A stretch of 64,000 nt of DNA from Actinomycetes bacterium (lineage in GTDB: Bacteria > Actinomycetota > Acidimicrobiia > Acidimicrobiales > Aldehydirespiratoraceae), in the NCBI GenBank assembly GCA_024276355.1, contig JAJRXJ010000177.1, positions 7-64,006 of the forward strand, given 5' to 3'. The position numbers were made by a program, and so were the translations under genes. Shown piece after piece: positions 39,807 through 46,614 of the stretch. The first letter of the stretch is position 1. Each line of letters begins with the position of its first letter. Under the pieces are notes generated by a model. The model made no database searches. It saw only the letters and a list, made by a program, of their open reading frames with translations, and was not told the origin of the DNA.

Positions 39807-42017
39807 TCAGAGGAACCGTCGTCGGTTGGGCCGGGTCGCGCTCCATGCCATGTAACCGAGATCTAGCAGGATCAGACTCACGGCAATGGGGAGCAGAGGA
39901 CCGCCTCCGCGGGTTCCGGTGAACGCCAGTGACTCACCCAGCACCTGCGGCGAGGCCGTATCGAGGATGGCGGGTGTGCCGGGATCCGGTGTGCAGACGA
40001 ACTCCAGGGGAGTCGGAATCGCCGGGATGACAACGGTGAGGGTCATGCCGGCGGGAGTCCACACGATCGGGCCGCCGGATGCGGTCCAGTTGGTATCGGG
40101 GATGAAGAACGAGGTGGTGGCATCCTTGGCGGTGCCATCGTCGTTGACTTCGACGACGACGCTGAGAGGCATCCCGCTGGAGGTCTTTGACCCCTCGACC
40201 GTGTTGGATGCATTGATTGTGACCGCGGCTGTTGCATCGATCCTGTCACCGGGTGCCACCAGGTTGAGGTTTATGCCGGTGTCGAAGGTGCTGCCGTTGA
40301 TGGTGACGTTCCAACGTTGGTTCCGGAGTGGAACGGTGTCGCCGGCGTTGAAGGAGGCCAGCGAGGTGCCCCGGCCGGTCCACTTCATGGTGGACGTGTC
40401 CGATGGTCTGATGTTGTTGGTGCAGGTAGCGGTGAAGTTGCTGGTGCCGCTACCGACACTCGTGGGAGCTTCAGTGGTTGAGGTGGTCGCTGATTCAGAC
40501 GTGGTGGTCGAGGCAGCCTCCGTTGTCGACGGCGGGATGCTGGTGGTGGTGGCAACCGGGGTTCCACCCTGGGCAGAACTGACGAAGGCCAGGGCCGGAA
40601 CCGGCGAACGATCGGTGCAGTCGACGGCGGAGTCGGCGACACAGCCCGTGGGCAGCGACAAACCGGGCTGACACTTGAACGACACCTTGACAAGGCCGTT
40701 GAACACGGAGGCGGTGGTGACGCTGCCCCCGTCGCTGAAGGAAATGTCGCCACCGGTCGGGGTCCATTGGCTGTCGGGCACATTGATGCTCACCACCAGC
40801 GGGGTGGCGGTCTCGTCGCCGTTACCCGGTATGCCGTCCGGGTCGGTGATGGTGGTCTCGCCGGAAATCGCGATGCCCGGGAAGGTCTGTGAGGTCTCGG
40901 AGGTATTGCTCGCGAGGATGGTCACATCCATGGTGCCGGGGATGGTGTTGAGGCCGGTCGTGAGGAGACCGAGGTTGTATCCGGCAACGAGGACGGCCGA
41001 AGGGAACTCGGCGGCGATCGTTGTGCCGGACAGCGTGACCACCCCGGAGGCTGTGGATGTGGTGCCGGAGTGTGTGAACGAGATGTCTGTGAACGTGCCG
41101 GTGGCGGTGTTCTGACATGAGTTGGTCGTGACCTGGGTTCCGCTCACCGGGCCGGCCATGGTGGTCGTGGTGGCCGGTGTGGTGGTGGAGGTTGTTGTGG
41201 TCGACGGAGAGGCCGTGGTTGTGGTGGACGACGGTGGTGCCGTGGTGGTCGTGGACGATGTCGTGGTGGAGGAGGTGGTGGTGGTGGTGGACGAGGTGGT
41301 CGTGGTCGAGGCTGGAGCCGAATTGACGACGACGGTGTCGAACGGCGATGCCGGCGATGCGGCCCGGCCGGTGCAGTCGACGGCCTGGTTGGTGACGCAT
41401 CCTGCGGGGGTGGAGGTGCCCGGCTGACATGTGAACTTGACTTTGATCAGACCGTTGAACACCGAGGCGATCGTTATGGAGCCACCGTCGGAGAAGGCCA
41501 CGTTCCCACCGGTGGGTGTCCACGTGGAGCTCGGAATCGTCGCGGTGACGGACAGGTCGGTGGCCGACTCATCGCCGTTGCCCGGCGTGCCGTCGGGATC
41601 AGTGATTGTCGTCTGCCCGGAGATTGCGATGCCGGCGAGCGTCTGGCTTCCCTCGCTGGTGTTGGAGGCCAGGATCGTGACGTCCATGGTGCCGGGTATG
41701 TCGTTGACGCCAACGTTGAGCAGGCCGAGGTTGTATCCGGCGATGAGCACGGCCGCGGGGAAGAATGCGCTGACACTCGCGCCCGAGAGAGTCAGCTGAT
41801 CCAGCCCGAGAGTGGCCGGATTCGGGGTGGGGGCCCCGGTATGGGAGATGTCGAGATCGGTGAAGGTGCCGGTGGCACTGTTCTGACACGAATTGGTGGT
41901 GACCTGGGATCCGGCCGACGCCGGAGTCGCTCCGAACCCGACCAGGCCCGCGGTGAGAGCTGACACGGCGACCACAGCGAGTGATCTCCGACCCAGCAAT
42001 TTGACAAGTGCGTGCAT
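39807..42017 (-). CDS. large cell-wall-anchored surface protein (LAFTG sorting signal) with three copies of a Cys-bracketed domain
   Basis: The signal peptide is 'MHALVKLLGRRSLAVVAVSALTAGLVGFGATPASA'. The C-terminus is 'LAFTG' (39915-39929), then 'GPLLPIAVSLILLDLGYMAW', then 'RPNRRRF'. This is the LAxTG class-E-sortase type signal. The start is ATG 42017; ATG 42050 is also in frame. Confidence 0.75.
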   Translation of the reverse strand: MHALVKLLGRRSLAVVAVSALTAGLVGFGATPASAGSQVTTNSCQNSATGTFTDLDISHTGAPTPNPATLGLDQLTLSGASVSAFFPAAVLIAGYNLGLLNVGVNDIPGTMDVTILASNTSEGSQTLAGIAISGQTTITDPDGTPGNGDESATDLSVTATIPSSTWTPTGGNVAFSDGGSITIASVFNGLIKVKFTCQPGTSTPAGCVTNQAVDCTGRAASPASPFDTVVVNSAPASTTTTSSTTTTTSSTTTSSTTTTAPPSSTTTTASPSTTTTSTTTPATTTTMAGPVSGTQVTTNSCQNTATGTFTDISFTHSGTTSTASGVVTLSGTTIAAEFPSAVLVAGYNLGLLTTGLNTIPGTMDVTILASNTSETSQTFPGIAISGETTITDPDGIPGNGDETATPLVVSINVPDSQWTPTGGDISFSDGGSVTTASVFNGLVKVSFKCQPGLSLPTGCVADSAVDCTDRSPVPALAFVSSAQGGTPVATTTSIPPSTTEAASTTTSESATTSTTEAPTSVGSGTSNFTATCTNNIRPSDTSTMKWTGRGTSLASFNAGDTVPLRNQRWNVTINGSTFDTGINLNLVAPGDRIDATAAVTINASNTVEGSKTSSGMPLSVVVEVNDDGTAKDATTSFFIPDTNWTASGGPIVWTPAGMTLTVVIPAIPTPLEFVCTPDPGTPAILDTASPQVLGESLAFTGTRGGGPLLPIAVSLILLDLGYMAWSATRPNRRRFL
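39990..40448 (-). repeat. domain copy 3 (divergent) of the same module
   Basis: These are aa 535-687: 'GTSNFTATCTNN...TINASNTVEGSKT...NWTASGGPI...LEFVCTPD'. The Cys positions and the 'ASNT.EGS.T' and 'WT..GG' blocks are shared, but identity is low. Confidence 0.5.
40617..41138 (-). repeat. domain copy 2 of the same module
   Basis: These are aa 305-478: 'TQVTTNSCQNTATGTFTDISF...TITDPDGIPGNGDETAT...VSFKCQPGLSLPTGCVADSAVDC'. Confidence 0.8.
41154..41315 (-). repeat. Thr/Ser/Pro low-complexity linker (coding)
   Basis: Translation gives 'PASTTTTSSTTTTTSSTTTSSTTTTAPPSSTTTTASPSTTTTSTTTPATTTT'. On the plus strand this is a GTG/GTC-rich tract. Confidence 0.9.
41373..41909 (-). repeat. domain copy 1 of the 'QVTTNSCQN...TITDPDG.PG.GDE...F.CQPG...GCV...DC' module
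   Basis: These are aa 48-226 of the LAFTG protein. By hand alignment, they match copy 2 and the WxL1 N-terminus across most of their length. Confidence 0.8.
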
Positions 42018-42295
42018 TCTGGTCCCCCCAAGGATCAACGACCGGTGCAAGCTACACCACGGGAACCAATTGCGAAAGTGGTCACATCAACTTTGCTACC
42101 CGTTGGTAGGTCGTTCATCACTTGGAGTAAGAAATTCCCAACGTGAGCCTTGACATGGGCCGAACGCACTATTAGACATCGTGACGGTTGACACACATCC
42201 GGTCCATCTAACACCGACGAGGGCGATCTCAGAAAGTGGCAATGGAACCACCGGAACTGGAACCTTGGGGGAGGTGATCAGCGCATGGAAGGGCA

Positions 42296-42322
42296 GTCAT
42301 GAGCGCCGACGAGCCTCATGAC
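42296..42322. promoter_or_regulatory. inverted repeat in the divergent promoter region (candidate operator)
   Basis: GTCATGAG-N11-CTCATGAC is a perfect 8-bp inverted repeat inside the 477-bp, visibly less GC-rich gap between the divergently transcribed surface-protein operons. Confidence 0.3.
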
Positions 42323-42494
42323 AAATCGACGACTGATCGACTTGGCGAGTCGCTGAATGTGCGTCAATTGCCGTCGCCCAGGCCCTTTCGTGCCGGTCTC
42401 CCGACCGAGTGCGGACCATCCGATCCGAGGCAAGTCGCCGGAGGTCGGAGCTGAGTACACGGAATTCAAACTTCTCTTTTGGAGGGAACTTTCA

Positions 42495-44120
42495 ATGACC
42501 AGACGAACGCGACGCCTCAGCGTTGCGCTTACCATCTCGCTCGTAGCGGGCATGCTGTCCTTCGGGACATTTGCCAACCCCGCAAGCGCAGCGACGCAAG
42601 TAACGACCAACTCGTGTCAGAACAGCGCCACTGGCACGTTCACCGACATCAACTTCACCCATACGGGTGCCGCGACACCGAATCCTGCTGTCCTTGGTAT
42701 CGACACCGTGACCCTTACCGGAGCGACCGTGAGCGCCGACTTCCCGTCGGCGGTGCTGGTGGCCGGTTACAACTTGGGTCTGCTCACCACTGGTCTCAAC
42801 ACGATTCCGGGCACCATGGACATCACCATCCTGGGCTCCAACACGGTTGAGGCCACGCAAACCTTCGCCGGCCTGGCCATCTCCGGCACGACCACGATCA
42901 CCGATCCCGATGGCACGCCCGGCACCGGCGACGAGACAGGCACTCCGCTTACCGTCACCGTTGGTCTGCCGAGCAGCACCTGGACCCCAACCGGAGGCCC
43001 GATCGGCCTTAGCGATGGCGGCTCCCTCACCACTGCATCGGTCGCTGGCGGCCTCGTCAGCGTGAACTTCACGTGTGTTCCCGGCACCTCGTTGCCGGCC
43101 GGCTGTGTTGCTGATCCGCTCACCGATTGCACCAGCGCGAGCCCGTCTCCCGCTCTGGCATTCGATTCGGTCGTCGTCAACGCCCCCCCGACCGCACCCG
43201 TCTGCTCCGGCACGGCCGTTTCGGTTGGCGCTGGTCAGGCAACAACGGTCGACCTGAACGCATTGTGCAGTGACGTCAACGGCAATATCGACGGTGCGAG
43301 CTACGCGGTTGGTGCAACAGCGCCCGCTGCGGGGACGCTCGCCATAGCTGGTGGTATCGCCACCTACACGAACACCAACGTTCTGGCCACGTCGGACTCG
43401 TTCAGCTACACCGTCGCTGACACCACGACTCCGACGCCCATGGTGTCGACCGAGGTAACGGTCACGATCACCATCCTGGGCAACTTGTGCGACGCCACAC
43501 TGTCGGCCTGTTCGTTGAACCAGATCATCACGGTCACGGTCACCGGCGCTGCTCTCACTCTTGAGCAGACCGGCCAGTTCGTGACGATGAGCCCGGTGAC
43601 GCTCAACGGAGCACCGCAGGTGTCGACCGGCGCCATCAACCAGATGACCGTCACCAACTCCCGTGGCGATCTCGTCGGTTGGACAGTGTCCGGTTACGTC
43701 ACCGACTTGGCGACCTCCGCCGGCCCGCACACCGATCCGGATGGCCCCGGACCGCTGCCTCCGGTGCCCGATTGTGGCTTCCTGGTCGGTACTGCAGATG
43801 CGCTGTGCATCCCCGGTGACGATCTCGGCTGGACCCCTTCGGCTGCTGTTGCCCACGTGCAGATCAACGGCGACGTCGCCGTTGTGACACCCGGTCCGTC
43901 CCACGCAACCAACGGTGCTGACTGGCTCGCCCAGCTCGTCGCCGCCGGTCCCGCTGGTGTCAACGGCCTCGGTGGCCTCGCTGAGAACAATGTTCTCTGC
44001 TCCGCCGCAGCCGGCACCGATGGTGGCACATTCACGTGTGACGCCGCCCTCTACCTCGGAGTCCCGGCCAGTGCCGGCGCCGGCACCTACTCGGGTGCCT
44101 TGGTGCTGACACTCCTCTGA
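42495..44120 (+). CDS. secreted WxL-domain surface protein 1 (module copy + Ig-like domain + WxL)
   Basis: GGAGGGA lies 8 nt upstream of ATG 42495. The signal peptide is 'RRLSVALTISLVAGMLSFGTFANPASA'. Aa 34-212 are a module copy (42594-43130). Aa ~233-328 are Ig/cadherin-like ('SFSYTVADTT...VTVTITI'). The C-terminal ~200 aa form a WxL domain ('VTNSRGDLVGWTVSGYV', 'DDLGWTP', 'GTYSGALVLTLL'). Confidence 0.75.
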   Translation: MTRRTRRLSVALTISLVAGMLSFGTFANPASAATQVTTNSCQNSATGTFTDINFTHTGAATPNPAVLGIDTVTLTGATVSADFPSAVLVAGYNLGLLTTGLNTIPGTMDITILGSNTVEATQTFAGLAISGTTTITDPDGTPGTGDETGTPLTVTVGLPSSTWTPTGGPIGLSDGGSLTTASVAGGLVSVNFTCVPGTSLPAGCVADPLTDCTSASPSPALAFDSVVVNAPPTAPVCSGTAVSVGAGQATTVDLNALCSDVNGNIDGASYAVGATAPAAGTLAIAGGIATYTNTNVLATSDSFSYTVADTTTPTPMVSTEVTVTITILGNLCDATLSACSLNQIITVTVTGAALTLEQTGQFVTMSPVTLNGAPQVSTGAINQMTVTNSRGDLVGWTVSGYVTDLATSAGPHTDPDGPGPLPPVPDCGFLVGTADALCIPGDDLGWTPSAAVAHVQINGDVAVVTPGPSHATNGADWLAQLVAAGPAGVNGLGGLAENNVLCSAAAGTDGGTFTCDAALYLGVPASAGAGTYSGALVLTLL

Positions 44121-44143
44121 TTCCGAAGAGTTGAAGTGAATCG

Positions 44144-44175
44144 AGAGGGGGGCAGTCTCCGGACTGCCCCCCTCT
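44144..44175 (+). terminator. rho-independent-type terminator after WxL1
   Basis: A perfect 14-bp GC-rich stem AGAGGGGGGCAGTC-tccg-GACTGCCCCCCTCT is followed by TTTCGC. It lies 24 nt after the stop codon. Confidence 0.7.
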
Positions 44176-44311
44176 TTCGCTCCCGATACCGGTGATGGGT
44201 CGAACGGACCAATTGGCCTGCCACACGACCCCAGCCTCTTTCCACCAATCGATCCAGCACGTATCCTCAACGACTGCGCCAATGCCACGACCACCCTGGA
44301 TGCCAGCCAAC

Positions 44312-45310
44312 ATGAAGAGAAGAATCCTCCTGCTCTGCACCCTTGCAGCTTTGCTGCTTGCGGTTCCCGCGTCGGTCCCGACCGCGTTCGGAGCATCCAA
44401 CGACCGCTGGGCAGTGGAGCCATCGGGGCCCAACGGACCAGGGGGCCGTCCGTATTTCGTCTACACACTCAACCCGGGTGAGATATTCCAGGACACTGTC
44501 GGCGTCACCAACAGCAGCGACCGACCCATCACATTCGCCCTCTACTCCACCGATGCCTACACGGTCCCCGGCGAGGGCGGGTTCGCGGCACTGCGCGACG
44601 ATGAGACCCCGATTGACGCCGGGACCTGGATCAGGCTGCCGGTCGATCAGATCACAGTCGAACCCGGCACCAGGGCCGACATCCCCATTCAGATCGAAGT
44701 ACCCATCGATGCCGAGCCCGGCGATCACGCGGCGGTGATCCTCGCTGCCGACACCGAGCTGCAACTGGGTCAGGAGAGCGAGGGCCTGTCGCTGGCGGTG
44801 CGACAACGGGTGGGGGCTCGCGTGTACGTACGGGTCTCGGGCCCCCTCGACCCCGCCATCAGAATCGACAGCATCGACGTCGAACACTCCACTCCGCTCA
44901 ATCCTCTGTCCTCGGGAGAGGCCACGATCAGCTACCAGATCTCCAACGTCGGGAACATCAGGCTCTCCCCTACTCTGCAGTTGAAGGTAACCGGAATCCT
45001 GGGCCGTACCGTGAAGGTTCTGCCGCCGAACACCATCGACGACGTGTTGCCCGGAGGAATCATCCGGATCACCGAGTCGGTGACCGGGCTTCCCAGATTC
45101 GAGCCGTTGGCTGCTTCCCTGCAGGTGGTGTCGCCGGAGTTTGCCACCGACAGCTCCACGACCTTCTACCCGGTCCCGTGGATCACCGTGATTCTGTTGC
45201 TCCTCGCCATCGTGTTGTTCTACCTCTGGATTCGTGTTCGCCGGGCTCGCGAGCGCGGTGAACTCGAGACCCCAGAGCTTCCCCCGGCCCCGAAGGAACT
45301 CACCGCATGA
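44312..45310 (+). CDS. DUF916/DUF3324-like cell-surface protein with C-terminal TM anchor (CscA-like)
   Basis: The signal peptide is 'MKRRILLLCTLAALLLAVPASVPTAFG'. 'WAVEPSGPNG...RPYFVYTLNPGEIFQDTVGVTNSSDRPITFALYSTDAYT' follows the DUF916 pattern. 'WIRLPVDQITVEPGTRADIPIQIEVPIDAEPGDHAAVILA' follows the DUF3324 pattern. The C-terminal TM is 'WITVILLLLAIVLFYLWIRVRR'. Confidence 0.75.
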   Translation: MKRRILLLCTLAALLLAVPASVPTAFGASNDRWAVEPSGPNGPGGRPYFVYTLNPGEIFQDTVGVTNSSDRPITFALYSTDAYTVPGEGGFAALRDDETPIDAGTWIRLPVDQITVEPGTRADIPIQIEVPIDAEPGDHAAVILAADTELQLGQESEGLSLAVRQRVGARVYVRVSGPLDPAIRIDSIDVEHSTPLNPLSSGEATISYQISNVGNIRLSPTLQLKVTGILGRTVKVLPPNTIDDVLPGGIIRITESVTGLPRFEPLAASLQVVSPEFATDSSTTFYPVPWITVILLLLAIVLFYLWIRVRRARERGELETPELPPAPKELTA

Positions 45311-46614
45311 GACGCGCCCTGTCGGTCATGTCGCTGATGAGTGCGATCATTGTGCTCACGGTCGCGCCCGCGGCCGTGGCCCAGACCGACAAGGCGCCGT
45401 CCCTCACCTCCACATCCCGGTCCGTTGAATTCGGCGATCAGATCGCGATTCGCGGCGAAGGTTGGTCTCCGAACTCGATCATCAACATTTCAGTTTGTGG
45501 CAACGACGCCCGGAACGGCACCAGCGACTGCGACATCGTCAACGGTCGGGTGGTCGGGGTCAGCAATCGGGGCACCTTCGGCGTCAGCGTCGTGGTCGGG
45601 CAGCCCCCGGCACCGTGTCCCTGTGTGGTGAGGGCCGAGAGTCAGACATCCTCTGAGCTGGTGACATTCAACATCGACATCACCGGCGCACCGGAACTTT
45701 CACCTGATCAACAGTTTCAGGTGCCGGTTCCCGATCGCCAATTGGCCATCAGCAACGCCAGAATCGCCGGTAGTGGGCCCTGGTATTCGTATCTCGGCGG
45801 CCCGGCCAATCGCGAGGTGGTGTTCACGGTCGACAACATCGGCGAGGTCACCGTCAAGAACGCCGCCATCAGTCTTTCGATGGGCAAGGGCCCAAACCCG
45901 AAGGGGTTCGTGAAGGCCCCCGACCTGGGCGAACTCAAACCCGGAGAGTCACGTACATACTCCGTGCCCATCAAGTTGCCCGTACTGGCCCTCGGCACCT
46001 ACGGCGTTCAGGGCGAGATCCCCGGGTTCGCCGACCCGGTCAGGTTCCGGGCCGAGACCTCCCAGATCCCGTGGGCACTGGTGGCGCTGCCCCTTCTCGT
46101 GCTTCTTCAGGTGATGCTCATAGCGAGCCGCAACAGGCTGCGTCGTGAGATCGAACACCAATCGGCGCCGATTCCGTCGCCACGTCCGATCGTTGCGACT
46201 CCACTCGCACTGCCGGCGTCCACCGTAGTGGGCAGGAACTCAGAGGCCCACGACGACATCGTCGAGCTGCACCCGCCTCCCGAGGCCGAGCCGGTCCCGG
46301 TGACGACCACCGCGGAGTCCGCCGAGCAACCCTCCGATCCAGCCGAACTGGCGGGGGTCGACACACTGTCCGACGAGATCGCCGCAGAGGTCAAGCGCGC
46401 CCTCGGTGCCACATCTCTGCGTTCGGGCGATTCGTCGCCCAACAGCCGGATTCTCCAGCGGATCGCCCGGGACGTCGCCCACACAGCGGCCACCCGGATC
46501 GGAATTCGTCATTCGTTCGACCACCATCAGGTCGATGATCTCGAGGCTGATATCCGACGGTCCCTCGTCAAGACCATCGGGGCGGCAGGCCGAGCTCAAC
46601 ACGTGAAGTCATGA
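45307..46614 (+). CDS. secreted, single-pass membrane-anchored protein of unknown family (Ig-like + CARDB-like ectodomains, acidic/Pro-rich cytoplasmic tail)
   Basis: ATG overlaps the upstream stop (ATGA). The signal peptide is 'MSLMSAIIVLTVAPAAVAQ'. The ectodomain contains 'FGDQIAIRGEGWSPNS...VCGND...CPCVVRAES' and 'VVFTVDNIGEVTVKNAAISL...LKPGESRTYSVPI'. The TM helix is 'WALVALPLLVLLQVMLIA'. Confidence 0.6.
   Translation: MRRALSVMSLMSAIIVLTVAPAAVAQTDKAPSLTSTSRSVEFGDQIAIRGEGWSPNSIINISVCGNDARNGTSDCDIVNGRVVGVSNRGTFGVSVVVGQPPAPCPCVVRAESQTSSELVTFNIDITGAPELSPDQQFQVPVPDRQLAISNARIAGSGPWYSYLGGPANREVVFTVDNIGEVTVKNAAISLSMGKGPNPKGFVKAPDLGELKPGESRTYSVPIKLPVLALGTYGVQGEIPGFADPVRFRAETSQIPWALVALPLLVLLQVMLIASRNRLRREIEHQSAPIPSPRPIVATPLALPASTVVGRNSEAHDDIVELHPPPEAEPVPVTTTAESAEQPSDPAELAGVDTLSDEIAAEVKRALGATSLRSGDSSPNSRILQRIARDVAHTAATRIGIRHSFDHHQVDDLEADIRRSLVKTIGAAGRAQHVKS

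Noticed and set aside
41154-41315. GTG/GTC-rich repetitive DNA that might be a tandem repeat or CRISPR-like array
   Set aside because: It is in frame within the LAFTG protein and encodes a Thr/Ser linker. It lacks the regular repeat-spacer periodicity of a CRISPR array.
42278-42610. 110-aa minus-strand ORF in the divergent promoter region
   Set aside because: It overlaps the WxL1 start and signal peptide in antisense. It has no SD and an implausible composition.
42492-44468. 658-aa minus-strand ORF opposite WxL1
   Set aside because: It is Arg/Gly-rich nonsense translation antisense to a gene with a signal peptide, SD and conserved domains. It also runs through the strong terminator hairpin at 44144-44175.
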